This document shows positions 41,651-54,800 of a DNA stretch of 64,000 nucleotides, in pieces. This DNA is from Bigelowiella natans CCMP2755 (Eukaryota > Protista > Cercozoa), in contig ADNK01000427.1 in the NCBI GenBank assembly GCA_000320545.1, positions 186,001-250,000 on the forward strand, read 5' to 3'. Below the pieces are notes generated by a model. That model did not search any database and was not told where the DNA came from. It was given only the letters and a program-made list of their open reading frames with translations. The position numbers were made by a program, and so were the translations under genes. Positions within the stretch are counted from its first letter, which is position 1. Each line of letters starts with the position of its first letter.

Positions 41651-41950
41651 GTGTATTTTCCAATATTCAGAAAACAATATGAAATAAATACCAAGCTTGT
41701 TGTAGACAGACAGATGGAGATACAAGAGAAAAAACTTGTAATCAAAAAGGTATCTAAAATATCAATTGTCATGAACGTTCTTATGTAACCTTATTCCTTA
41801 TCAAATCAGATGAAGGACGTTCTAGCGTCTGGAATGAAAATAGCTCTTAAAAAAAACAATCAACAACCGGTGGAATTGTTAACTGATAAGGATTTGACGG
41901 AAGTTGTTAGATCTAGCGAAAAATTAGCAATTGGACCGCGATATCCCTAA
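40591..41950 (+). CDS. Coiled-coil protein of about 200 aa, function unknown
   Basis: Phase-consistent splicing: MSVHELQQ-FMKRCRVSRHQLISTLEDVEDLKGKIAVEKE-KLKKIEKESNK-MVKEEVQMSREMNQMEK...-ELVAIKKDRDQLLKQYEINTKL...-MKDVLASG...GPRYP*. Confidence 0.7.
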
Positions 41951-42199
41951 ATAGAGTGCAGGCCTTGTCATCACGAGCATAGTTTGTTCACAGCGAACAT
42001 GGTCTCAAAATTCGTCAGTGCTTGACGCTTAATCTATGTATGATCAATTAATACCAGCAGCAGTGCTGCAGCGCTGAAAAAGTGGATAGTTGCGATGCGA
42101 TATACGATGAAAACGGCAGAGGCTGTATCCATTCCAAGGAACAATGCAGGCAGCCCTAGAGCCTATGATATTGCAATTTTAGGAGCGAGAGTCAGCATG

Positions 42200-42660
42200 G
42201 CATCTAAATTACATGTGACGTCGCACGCCGCATACATAAGCATATATACCAACGTACGCGATGCAAAATGTTTACATGAGTGTTATTTGACGTGTCTAGC
42301 TAGCTCTAGAGCTAGCTAGGTGTGTATATTTAGATCTCTCTCTAGCTCCGATTATTCATAATATGCACAAGTACACTACAAGACTAGCTAGCTAGTACAT
42401 GCTAGCATACTCTAGTGCCTAGTGCTAGCTGGCTAGTGTAGCTAGCATGTTGCACATGCATTCTAGCATTGTTACTACTATGCATATTCGACCGAGCATA
42501 ATAGAGCGGAACCATTTAAGCTGAAAATACCGTTACATGCTCCACGCTAGCATGTACGCGCGCTAGCGCGCCGTGATGTTCTAGTGTTATGTATCATAGC
42601 AGGCGCGCTCCGCGTGCCGCGTATACCTACGATGATTTTGTTACTCAACTAGTAGCACTG
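42200..42660. other. Palindromic-tetramer tract 5, convergent spacer
   Basis: gtctagctagctctagagctagctagg, gactagctagctagtacatgctagc, gctagcatgtacgcgcgctagcgcgc. Confidence 0.8.
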
Positions 42661-42775
42661 AGCAATACAATTTATGGTTGGATCATTGCTAGTTTTCCAA
42701 TTTTGCACATTTATAATAGCTAGAACTTCAATACATGGATACTAGTCATTCGAAAGCTCTCACATTGTGCATATA

Positions 42776-43662
42776 TTATTCCCCAGTTGACCATTTTTTT
42801 GTAGCTAGCCGGAAGCGATCAAAGAGACCCGAAATACCTGTTGGTCTAGCATCAATGAAGTATTCTGTCTCACCATTTTCGTCTGTCCAATCATAGTAAT
42901 CGATGATGTAAGTGACCTAATTGTTAGAAGCTTATATTCATTTCACGATAAATACTCAAAAATATACACCCGAATACCTCAGTGCCACATCGGTCTATCG
43001 TCCAGTCGTGCCTATCAAACGGCAGTGGAGCTCCAAAATAACTTGCAACTTTCGCCTTTAGACTGTAGATTCCATCCTTACCTTGGAATCTTGCAAGCTT
43101 GGGATTAGGGCATTTTGACAAATGTAAGGCTTCGTATTCCATTATTGCTTTCCATGAGCCCTCGGTAACCAGAGTGTGGACGTGAGCGACGCTTGCTGAG
43201 TCTTCTTTCTCGATAGGTTTATTTTTACGTTTCAATGCCCGGTATAATTGGTTTGGAGAAGGATTCAACCATTTTCTCCCATCCTCCGAGTTCCCACGGC
43301 TGATTGAACAGACAAAAAGAAATGAGCATAATATACAACACCACCACACAAACTCATAATAAGACTCTTAACAAACGTTACCCTGCTGCTGGGATAAATT
43401 CTTCAGGAACCTCATCTCCCTCCTCCTTCTGCTGTGTGCTGACGGTGCGCATGCAGGGGTGAAGAGGACGGTCTTCACGATCAGGAGGTTCATCACGTCC
43501 GCTGCTTTCCCCCAGAGCTTTGTGGTCTACCGGGCACCCACCCTTCATAACACTACCCTTTATCTTTACATTCTTTCCTTCACCAGCTGCTTGTGCACGG
43601 ACTAAGATCGTTGTGGCCGCGCACACGGCTGGCAAAGAACGCAGTACTCGTGGCATCCACAT
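42776..43662 (-). CDS. HCCS: Holocytochrome c/c1 synthase (heme lyase, System III); 3 exons
   Basis: CPV motif; KWLNPSPNQLYRALKRK; VHTLVTEGSWKAIMEYE; PKLARFQG; PFDRHDWTIDRCG; YIIDYY; IDARP. Confidence 0.93.
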
Positions 43663-43856
43663 GTTTACCTGAGCGCACGGAGGAAGGACATTGAATGAAA
43701 GAAGGCCACAAACGAATGAGTCACCGATCCCCTTCTAAATCAGTTCACACATACGCATATGCTCGCAAGCGTCGGCGGCGGATAAGGGCTCCGGAATTTG
43801 CGTAATGTGTCTATCCTAGCCCGTGAGTACCCCTCTGTTCGCAGGAAGCCTCGGCT

Positions 43857-43930
43857 ATGTGGAAGGAGAACGACTGGTCAGGAGAATTGACAAATGGAGA
43901 CGATGATATAATAATGTTGAGTACAATTGC

Positions 43931-43961
<31 letters not shown>

Positions 43962-44730
43962 TACGATAAAAGTAAAGAGACATGACATAAGCTGCATTTT
44001 GTGAGATGTTTTATCGGTAATTATTGATCTAAAAGACTCGGTTGCGAATGGAGCAAAAACAAAACCAAATAATAATAGCTCTCGTGGTAGATCTAGTTGT
44101 GCTAATTGTTGCGTACTTTATGTGATCCAATTTTTTACCAATGTATGGAGAATGCAGTGTGTTCTTCCACGGGTTGTTCTAATAGTGTTGTTTTTATCAC
44201 AGAATATTGTAATAATTACTCGGTGAAACATCCTATGAGTATTTTCTTCTAACGAATCGTCGACACAATCCGTTCTACGGTAGTTCAAAGGTGCGTGCGT
44301 ACTCGAACGTAGTTTGCCAAGGGGGGGGGGGGCTCAAAGGGGTGTCTTTCCCTCAGCTACATTCTTTATTGACTTATCGCTATCCGATTCTGGAATACAA
44401 CTGCATGTCTGGGACTCATCCTACTTGATAATGCTAATTAATCAGCTGGAAAATGCTGTGGATGATTCAGTACGGCTTTCGCTATGCATACAACACAATC
44501 TATTATGGGTAGTCACACCTTCAATAGATCAGCTGAACGTATACTAATTTGTGAATGTGTTGGTAGATGGATCCCGTTCGTTTTCCTTGTTGGCGTCTAC
44601 ACTGAACCTCAACTTGCGATAACAGACGTGCTCTGTAAGACGAGTTAACTTTCTTCATTCCGCTTATCAAACTGACGAGTGATATGTTTTAGTTCCCGAC
44701 CCCCCGGCAGGAGACCAGATGCCGAAATAA
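43857..44730 (+). CDS. TOM7: Mitochondrial outer-membrane translocase subunit Tom7-like microprotein (about 62 aa, 4 exons; first exon tentative)
   Basis: Exons at about 44445-44508, 44567-44634 and 44693-44730 join in phase to WKMLWMIQYGFRYAYNTIYYGWIPFVFLVGVYTEPQLAITDVLFPDPPAGDQMPK*. YGWIPFV..G...P....L.P is the Tom7 signature. Absent from the ORF track. Confidence 0.75.
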
Positions 44731-45029
44731 GGCATAGAGGAGATATCAAATAGATTGGAATTCATTCGAATACTGTTGCTAGAACTTGCTGTCACGTCTT
44801 CGATGAAATAAATAACCCCCTTTCCGTGAATGGATTCGATCGATATGGGCTATAGGCCCTGGTCGATGTGTGTAATCAAAGAGCCATTTATCATCCAATT
44901 TGGACCGTTTGGGTATGGTCCAAAAAGGTACGAGTGGTTTGTTGAACGTGCGTTGTAGCACCATCAATTCTCACTCGTCGCGCGCGGCGACGCGATAGGC
45001 CTTCAACAGAGCCTTAATGTCGTACTGAG

Positions 45030-45500
45030 CGGCAGCAGAGCTACGCCCATGTGTACAGTAGATGTGTGGCATGATAATATTAGCATGCATAGGATGAGAT
45101 GAGCGAGGTTGATGCACCCCCTCTAGCCCTCCACCCACATATGCACATGCATCTGCTAGATGTGCATATGTCTAGCTAGCTTTAGATCTAGAGATGTATG
45201 TACATATACGCATGTACGCCATCACAACATGCGCCACTCGCTACACTAGTACATTTTGTTGAATTCCCACGAATAACGCATACGTGCGTATCGTAAGCGC
45301 TGGTATTAATATCGCGTAGCACGCATTTAGCTATCATGATTTGATGTGTAGTGTATGCATGTGTAGCAGATGTCGTATTATTTATCAGCAGCTAGTTATG
45401 ACGAATGAAGCTGTCACGTCGTTCAGAGCATGTGTTGTAAAGAACATGTGTACTGAACTACATATGTTCGTACGTGCGTACGCTATATAGCCTTATAGGG
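45030..45500. other. Palindromic-tetramer tract 6, convergent spacer
   Basis: cacatatgcacatgcatctgctagatgtgcatatgtctagctagc, gtatgtacatatacgcatgtacg. Confidence 0.75.
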
Positions 45501-45630
45501 CTACAGAGTGAAATTAGGCTTCACCAAGGATTTATAAATAGGTAGATAGACACGCCGTTTGTGATGGCACGTATTTATAACATTATTGACAACACGATGT
45601 GACGACGCAGAAATAACAAAGCTTTTGATT

Positions 45631-46142
45631 TCAGATTGAAACTTTACTGCATCCGAACAGTCCATTTAGACCTCCATCGATTCCACCCTCCCACGCTCTT
45701 CCTTCGGCCTGATTGTGAAAAATCATTTATGTGTTAGGCATGCACAGTGGAGGTTTTCCCACTATTACCTGTTGGAACTGCTGAAGCCAACGTTCTGAGT
45801 TGTGCGGGTCCTGCAAAAGCAAAGCTCGCACTCGAGAGGAATTGAACGCAGCCGGGTCTGGTATCGTTTCCTTTTATAGGATGAAAGAATAAGTGTCATG
45901 TACACAATGAATACACTGCTACCTCGCTTCTGTACACCTTCACGTATAATATTTGTATGAGTTTGTTTCGCACAAAAATTAGGGCAAGAGTACTCACCTG
46001 GCAGAGGGTAAATCCAAGACCGGGGCCAGGAGTAGGCTCCACAGTGGCTTGCTCAAACATCTCACGCAACTGACACAAGGAATATGAACATACGACACAG
46101 TAAAATAATACTCAAATTCATCACCTATCAATATTTTACTTT

Positions 46143-46210
<68 letters not shown>

Positions 46211-47837
46211 TGTGTGTGTCTGTTCACTCCGATGCACACCTGCCACCACCGCCACCACCACCTCCCCACACCTGTTTGCTATGTATGTCTGCCGTGGGCG
46301 CGGAGGCCATTAAATGCCCCACTGCAAAAGCTGCATCAGTGTAGCTGATTCCAAAATAATCATCAAAATTTTCAGATGACAGTAATATACAACAAAAAGA
46401 GAAGGCAGAAGAATAAAAGTGGGGCTGCTCGGACCAGAGAATTGTTACATACATACGAAATAAGCAACGTTCCAAAAATTCCAACGACAATTTCTGCACG
46501 CCTCTTGCACGTCGTCTACAGACGACGACACAACACACCACTTATGATCTACAACATGTGAACAAGATATCCCCTCCAGAGTCTCTGGCTATTAGTCTGG
46601 TTCTTTATAAGAGGGGCAAAATATATCAACACACTTCTGCTGCGACGCGTAGAAAAGCCATGTCATTGCTTTGGGAAGGTCTACTTCGACTCCAATATCT
46701 ACCCAAGATAGCAGAGATAGAGGCCAATAAGAACGACGAAACGGGTCGATGAAGAGGAGGGAGAGGGAAAATATGAAAATGATGGTATCAAAGGCACATA
46801 ATGAATGTACAGTGTGTTCCCTGCCCCACACAGCAAACATAACTCACACGCGCACACGCGCTGCTCGTACGAAAAGCATGTTCTTACAACGAATAGTATA
46901 AATTGTCGTACAAATGCAGATAAGCACATGCGCACACGCACATGTACGCACACACCTGGTCGACCAACAAGCAGCATGAAACCTAAGTCTCTCTGTGCGC
47001 TCGCTAATCCCTACGTTCGTGAGGATGTTTGTGTGTGTGTGTGTGTGTGTTTGTGTGTGCTTGTGTGCGCGAGAGGGAGAGGGAGAGGGAGAGAGGAAGA
47101 GAGGGAGAGAGTGAGAGAAAATTGTGTTTTCGCGTTTGTACGTTCTTCTCTTTTCACTCCCCCCCCCCCCCCCCCCCTCCCCTCCTCTCTCTCTCACTTG
47201 CGCGCGCGTGTGTATTTAGAAAAATATGTAAAACCTACACACACACACACACACACACACACATTTAGTTGACTATCTATGGTCCCCTGCATCGTCGTTT
47301 TATTCCAACAGCTCCACTTCCGTTCCAATTAGTTAATTACCGTTTCAGCGCCCTGTCTTGCCCAATACATGGCTCTCTCTTCCTAATGAGGTAGGGGTTA
47401 GGGATATCAGTACTGTTGCTGCTACTGTAAACACCATGAAACAACAAATAGTGAACGAACGACTGACGCATAAAATTAAAAAATCAAACGCTTGTCTCAA
47501 GCAAGAGCGAAAGCAGCAGCAGCAGCAGCAACCTTAGGGAGGGCGTGCTACATGCAATTACACGACACGCCAGCACCACCCCCACCACCATTACTGTTAA
47601 ATATACCTGCTCATGGTGAGATAACACAGGTGTAAGTTTGCGGTTATACAACTCTGTCAGGCGTCCCATGGCGTCTCGATGCCCTTGCTCTCCCGCCTTC
47701 AAAGAACATCATCAAATAAACGATCAGCTTCTATTCTATGAAGCCAAAGGTTGGTGCGTAAACGTACAGATACAGTTTCAAATGAGAGAGAATGGTTGCG
47801 CGTCTGAAATGCTACGACAACAACACCACCAACAATA

Positions 47838-47869
<32 letters not shown>

Positions 47870-49651
47870 AGGTATCTTTTAATAAGTTGCTGCTACAGTA
47901 CTATCATTGGCAGTAGCATCTACTACCTTTAGAAGCCAAAATTCAGCCCTTGCCACATTCTCCTTCCTTTCAATCTGGGGCTCATTCATTACAGTGACGG
48001 GTACAGCCTGCAATCGATTTCAAGTCACAACAACTGAAGAAGCAGCAGTCACAAAATCTTCTTCTTTAATGCTTCTAGCTGTTTGTCATCTAGCAGAAAT
48101 GCTACAGATAAAGCCTCGGACGGACCTTCACCTCGCGTCATCTATCATGATTATGATAACGAGCACCTTATTTGCGTATAAGACGCCAAGATTGAACTGT
48201 GCGTCTGCTAAGCCCTTTTTTGCAGCTGATACCATCAGCTCGTAGCCCCTACCCACATTTTGTTCCGTTCCCTACAGTATTTGAAGCAATATGGTGATGT
48301 GTATATATCACAATTGCGCATACACCACCACCATTTGCCCCTTCTCTTCTTCTTCTTCTTCTTATATACTTACTCTTCTATCACGCTGAACTTTACTTTT
48401 TACATAATCTCGAAGATCAAGGTCGGTTACCTGTCCGCGAAGCAGCATGTCTCCTAATCCATATTCTCCTCGTGGATGGCCGGTTTTGGCGGCCTTTTAA
48501 TCGAAAAATGAACAAAGTATATAACTTGATCATTGCCAAGCATAGGATTGCTTTTTGGCCCCATTCTCACATCTATGTATGCTCTCGAGCATGTTCGCAT
48601 GATTTATATCGATAGTTTGTGAATCATTCATCGTCAGTGCATCAAGAAAGGAGAGAAACGCAGCAGGTGAGAGAGATGGAATTCAACAACAACAACCCAA
48701 GAGTATGTCACAGGCAAACAGCACGAATGGATGACAGTCGGCCCTTTAAAGCTAATCTTCTCCTACCCGAGAATAGAGCGCTAAGGCCCGATCATAGCTA
48801 AGCCCGCCTTCTCCAAGCCCACGCCTATGCATCTTTCGCCAAATCATGAATCGGTTAGGTCGACATAAACGGATGGGGTGGGAGAGATATACATTTATAC
48901 TTTTATGAACCTCTGCCATTTTGACTTGAGCTTCTGGCTCATCTTGCTCGGCGGCCTTCTTCAGCCAAGAGTACCTGACAACGCGACGTCATCAATGAGC
49001 ACCTAGCTAGTTTCGCGCCAGTCATCATTATTGAACATGTTTGTGGCTTAACTCGTTTTTTGGACACTATTGATGAAAGAATGGGGCCATACGCAAGATC
49101 AGCATTCTTTTCCATCCCGTACCCCACCAGACTCATCGACCTGGAATAATACAATGCAAGAGGGTTCGAAAATATACTATGGTATAATATAATCAATGAC
49201 ACAGCTCCCACTATACGTACCCAAGCTCCGTCATTGCCTTTACATGGCCCATATTGCTCGAGATCAAGAAGTATTCTGCCGCGGCTTTGAAGTCTCGCTT
49301 TACACCCTTCGATGACCATAACTAGTATTAGTAAGGTAGCTAAGTGGGCCCAACCATATCGACCTTTGTCCCTAGTTTGAAGCTCCGTGCAAGTTCGTAC
49401 CCGGCATCTGCATCACCTTGGTCACACTTCTGTTTCAGCTCCTATTCAGGAAGAAGAGACGTGTCAAGAAACATTTGCTGCAGATTTACCACTTATGACC
49501 AAAATAAAAGATCAGCTAATAATATTGCTACCATCAGTTGTTGTGGGAGAGTGTTCGATCCCGAAAATCTACGCCAACGAGGGTACATTGAAAGTTTAAG
49601 GCGATAGGTGCCTGCGATGCGGCGGAGGAGGAGGTGGCATCGGTGTGCCAT
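45631..49651 (-). CDS. Sel1-like repeat protein with mitochondrial-type presequence
   Basis: MAHRCHLLLRRIAGTYRLKLSMYPRWRRFS leader; repeats QGDADAGYELA, GVKRDFKAAAEYF..SSNMGHVKAMTELG, WLKKAAEQDEPEAQ, AAKTGHPRGEYGLG, AAKKGLADAQFNLGVLY, AGEQGHRDAMGRL, IGVEVDLPKAMTWL. Confidence 0.85.
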
Positions 49652-50294
49652 GCTCCCGAACTATTAGTGCGACTTCGAAGGAAGGATAAAAATGTGGAAA
49701 TTAGGCCTAGTTCGAAGAAAAATGTAAATATTGTCAATATACTTTGTCGTATATTTAGATTAGACGAGATCGTAGTGGATTAATCTAAAACAAAAATCTT
49801 ATTGCTTTATTTTTCGGAATGAAAATATCTTTGCGCTCCCCAGTTGGAATGATTTACTGTTTATGCTCTACGACTTTCATTTTTTTAACTATGAAATGGA
49901 AATAGGACTCCCTTTTTCCTTGCTGCTTTGTCGATAAAAAGAATCGTGATAGTGCCAAATTATTATTTTCAGCCTATCTTCGACAGAAGCAATTCATGCA
50001 GACACTTTGGGGCAGATGCGACAATAATTGTATTCGAATAGGTAATATTTTATCTTCTTTTCCGCCTATCTTTTCCCCATTTTTGAAATCACTAGAATCT
50101 TGAATTCTCTGTGCGCCAGGTGATTCACTCTTAAAGTGCCACGCAAGAGAATGTTCATATTTCGGATGTAATACATGGAAGTATCCATGACGCATTGCAT
50201 AAATGCATGAAGATAGCCTGTCGGTGTATTTTGTCAAAGGCTTCCTGTTACACAGATTAAAGCTAAATCCCTAGTCGCCCCCCCCGTTCCCTCC

Positions 50295-51163
50295 ATGCTC
50301 AGAAAAGCTGCTCTCCTTCCCAAACGCTTGCTTCGACGCACTATCTCCACCCGATCCCGACTGCAGGGGGTAATCTATGAATCTATGCAATGCCTTTCAG
50401 CGATGGAACGGTCCGATAATTTTGCTGTCCCCGTTAGAACTACATGAGCTACGCAGAGTTATTCTAATTTTTGGCTGTTATGCAATTGAAAAGGCGAAGA
50501 GAAAAATATGAGATTCATCTTTAAATGGAATACATTAAATTGTTATTAAATTTTGCAGGGTGGCCACGGAGGTCCTGAACCAAAGGGACTCCTTGCCAAG
50601 ATTCAGTCGAAAGATGAATACGTACGATTACTAACTGCTAACCACAACATGAGGGAGATTTTCTCGACTTCTCACATGAAAATTCTATGATTAATTCAAA
50701 TTTTACTCCCATATACCAGCTTGTGCTTGCGACATTTGGCGGTGTTGCAAGTGTTATCTTTCTGAATAAGCTGCTCTCGGGAGGCAAAAAGGCACCGGAA
50801 CCTGCACCTTCTTCCTCCTCCTCTAGCTCTGATGGTGGAATCCCATCATTTACTGACCCATCTTTTGCTGAATGGGTTGGAAAGGAAGGTGATTCTTATT
50901 TACATATTCACAAGCACAACGAGTAGGCAGTCTCCATAAATCTTTCCGCATCGACTCGTATCAACTGCCGCCTTCCTACACTTTCTTTAAATTAATTTTG
51001 CGTGTAAAGTGAATTGTCGTGTTTGGGAAAATGGGAATAGTAAGTTGGGTGTGCTATGCATTCTTTTTACTTTATATCTTAGCCTTTATTGATCTAAGCC
51101 TTATTTTCAATCTACATTTACCCAGGAAACTTCGAGAAGCTCTTCGCTCAGCTCGACGGCTAA
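50295..51163 (+). CDS. Small single-pass mitochondrial protein, probably ATP synthase subunit k-like; 4 exons
   Basis: MLRKAALLPKRLLRRTISTRSRLQG-GGHGGPEPKGLLAKIQSKDEY-LVLATFGGVASVIFLNKLLSGGKK...GIPSFTDPSFAEWVGKE-GNFEKLFAQLDG*; presequence, one TM helix and an IPS...F.EW...GN motif. The subunit-k assignment is from memory of SAR-lineage sequences. Confidence 0.6.
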
Positions 51164-51179
51164 ACAGTTTGAATATATC

Positions 51180-51700
51180 TTAGCTAAGCATACAACAAAA
51201 TGCCCGGCACATAAAATTAAGGGTTGTTGTTGAACATGTGTGGTTTAGATGGTACGATTCAATAATATTAGCAATGGATGCATGTGGGTTCTTCAACATG
51301 CAACATGAATCTTTCGATCCTAAACGGTGTGTTGAACGGTGTCGCATACAGATTGCACATACAACCACACCATGCATGTGTGCACGCTCGCATGGTGTGC
51401 ATTGCTAGATTGCGGCACGTATAACGTACGTGTCTGTTGTCCTATGCTATGACGCTTCGCTAGCTAGCTGGGGCGACACATGCGAGTGTGCTGCTGAATG
51501 GCAGGTGCTCATAGCTGTATGCGGTGCGAAGCACAACAGACATACGATGCTGTCTAGCTGTGTACGTCTAGACGTGCTCTGTGCTAGCGTGCGCAGTAAA
51601 CATAGCTATTACATCATTTACACATGTCTAGACATCATTACACAAATGCCGCAATGGCAGCAATATACGATTGCGTGTGTGTGCACGTGGCGCACTTGCG
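51180..51700. other. Palindromic-tetramer tract 7, convergent spacer
   Basis: catgcatgtgtgcacgctcgcatgg, cgctagctagctg, gtctagctgtgtacgtctagacgtgc. Confidence 0.75.
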
Positions 51701-51805
51701 AAGATGAATCAAAGTTCTTGCCTCCGAAGACCTACATGTTTGAGCACCTATTGGCTAACTGTGTTCTTAGTTCAGAGGATTCTTGAGCCTTGCACTAGCT
51801 GAAAC

Positions 51806-54800
51806 CTAACCTTTTTCCTCATTAGATTCCACTATCTTTTCTATGGCCATTCGGAGTTGTGTGAAATTCCATTTTTTACTTCGTGAATCGAAGTATTTGG
51901 TCACTGTTGACATGATTTTGCTATTATGGAAGTCTTCCAGGAAGGTCTTAATTTTCCCCCGTGTATCTTCGGAATAGTATCCCGATTTCTCAATGGTTTC
52001 TTGAAACCAATCGGAAGCTATTTTCACCATGTCCGGGTTAGAAGTTATGAGTCGCATATATGTTGTCAGAGCTTCTGTTGAGTCGATACAAGGGATCACG
52101 ACATCCATTAGGGGTGAACCCTTTAATGCTGATTTGACTAACTCGCTTGCGGATTGAGGCACAGGCAGTGTAAATAAAGTAGCTTCCTCAATCATTTTCT
52201 GTATTTCTTGGTTTGCTGAGGCTTTACCTCTTATCTCTTCCCACGTTAAAATTTTCCATGATTTCTCTTCATCTTTAACTCCCTTTTCACTGTCGCCCTT
52301 GCTGTTAAGAATTCCCTTCTCTTCGAGAAGTTGTGTCAGCTTCTCACATCGAATTCGGTTGCATTGTCTCTGCAAATCCTTCAAATTTCGGCATTTTTCT
52401 ATTTCCCGAATATTTTCCTCTGATAATGTGAAACTAGGGATTACATTTGTAGTACTTGCCTTCTTCAGTTGTGAAACAATCACAGATACAGTCTTCTTCT
52501 CTGCTATTTCCAACACCTCAGAAACCGAGCCGCATCCCTTGAAATCATCTCTATCTACGTCCGCATACGGTTTCAGAACGCTTTGAAGCACTTGGGAACA
52601 GACCTGGACCGCACAAGAACTAATCGCTGATTGAATGGGTCGCTTCTTATCTAAAAGGGTTTGTTTTATGGAATTAAAATCGATATCTATTCCGTGATCG
52701 TTGAGAAGCTCAGCACCGCTCTTCAACCTTGTCGATACCACGTGTCGCACAAAGTCTTCCATCGTAGCAAGATCCAAAGACGGTTTCGTGATGATGTAAT
52801 TCTGGTTAACCATGATCATCATCATCATCCTCTCCAAATGTGTAAGCACTTCAGATGTGGTTTGCATCATCGACAGGGACGGAATACCGTAAACACCAGC
52901 ACCCATCAGAGTCCTATTCGACGTAAAAAATGAATTTAACGCTTCTAATCCTGACTTGAAATCGTCAAAAGACATCGTCCCCGTGCGAAACTTGAGAATA
53001 GAGGCAGTCAGTAAATCTTCAGGATTCCCAACACCTATAATGGATGCTATTAGTGACATTGAAGGAGACTTGTCAAGAACACCCTTTAGCATAGTCCCCA
53101 CAGCATCTGGCAGTTTGTTTTCCAGTGAGAGCAAGTTCTTCATGTCTTCTCTGTCACTAGCAAGTTTTGAGATTTCTTCCCAAGTTAGATCTCCAGCGGC
53201 TACAGCTTCTCCGACTTCGGTCAGATTTTCTTTCGCGAACCTTTTGAGAAATTTCCTGACACCGTTGATGGTGGTGCTCTGTTCCAATTCCTTCTTCTTA
53301 TGCTCTGGGAGCGTTATTTGTTCCTCAATGATGCACGTAAAATGCCTGACGAGAATAAGCTCGGCTTTTTCGAGGACACTTGCAACGGTGCCACAGCCTT
53401 TGAATTCACTCGCCTCGACTTTCCGTTCTAACACCAGAGGCGCTACATTTTGGAAAAGCTGAACGGTGAGCTCAGTACCACAGAGAGGCCCAAGTTCTGC
53501 TATGTGTATGTCCTGGTCAGTCAGGATATTGACTATGCTCTCGGGATTGAGGTGTATATCGAATTCCTTCAACTTTTGGGCGCCCTTGAGTACAGCTTTC
53601 ACGGCAGCAGATCGCACTGCTGTGTTCATATCTCCTATGGTAATGTGACTAATACTCCTTTCTTTGCTCTCTGCTCTCTCCTTCTCAACAACGAAAGTAC
53701 GCAAAATTGATTCTACAGATTCAAGTGAAGATGAGACCATCTGCGCAATTTTAGGCAATCTCGATGAACTCGGATATTTTGAGGGATGGAAGAAAGAAGT
53801 GAGGAGGGCTTGTATGTGCCCTACACTTAAAGTGTTATCCTCGAAATGTTCCACAACCTTTGTCAATTTCGTAACAACTTCTCTGTCAAATGTTTTGATG
53901 AGCTTAAGATTAGCACTATAAATCTTCGATACGTATGGAGGAATCCATTCTTCCTGATCTGCCACATCCAAAACAGTCTTCATAACATCCATTAAATGCT
54001 CCTTCTTACTGAACAGATTTTGTATGATATCAATCGGACTACCAAGAACGGAAAAGAAATCTGTGCTGATGCATGGCATTAGAAAGACCGCAGGAGAGTG
54101 CGTTTCGATGAGAAAATCACGGAGGATATGATCGGCTCTCTCAGGAATAATAACTTTTTCCAACAATTTGTTCCTCAAATTCATTGCTCGCTGGTACTTC
54201 ATACGCTCTCTACTTGATAACCTACGAACATCGACTTTACGCAACCTATTTTCGAGATTCGATGGAGTTTCCATCGGGTGATGCACCCAATTTTTATGCC
54301 TTACTTCTTCAAGACATTGCGATCTTAAAATATTCTGGACATGGTGCCTCAGACCAGCGAGATTTCGGATCGTTATAAATTGCTCGGGGGAAGTGAAAAC
54401 CCCCTCGTTACACAATCTTTCACCAAAAACTGTGACCAAGATACCTTCCATCTCGTCAAGCACCTCGCTGGTACTTGCACAATGTGAGAAAACTATTTTC
54501 TCCTCTGGGACTTTGTACTTCCTAAGACACGTCTCAGAGAGAGATTTTGTAAACTCCGTTGCTAGAAGCTTATAAGAAATTTTCTTTTGATCACGGACTA
54601 GATCCAGAACTTTGGATGGATTGAATGCAATACTGTTTTTTTCGGCTATATCTTCTAGCATTTTCACAACCTTCCTCACAACTTTGGTGACAAATGTTTG
54701 AGTACTCCAAAGCTCCTGCCCAAAGTCAAATCCAAATTTCTCCAACCAAATCGTAAAGAAAGCATCGGTAGCCCTTTCAATCGCCTCTAATCGCCTTAGT

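Noticed and set aside
43823-43844. 22-nt GTGAGT...GCAG mini-intron upstream of TOM7, nucleomorph-like in size
   Set aside because: An upstream donor at about 43802 would give a longer intron; this cannot be resolved without transcripts.
44670-44750. CTGACGA...GAAA with small hairpins, hammerhead-ribozyme-like
   Set aside because: The stems do not close around the catalytic core; the region is explained by the last TOM7 intron and exon.
45990-46010. U1 snRNA-like ACTCACCTGGCAG
   Set aside because: It is the antisense of a CAG|GTGAGT splice donor in the Sel1 gene.
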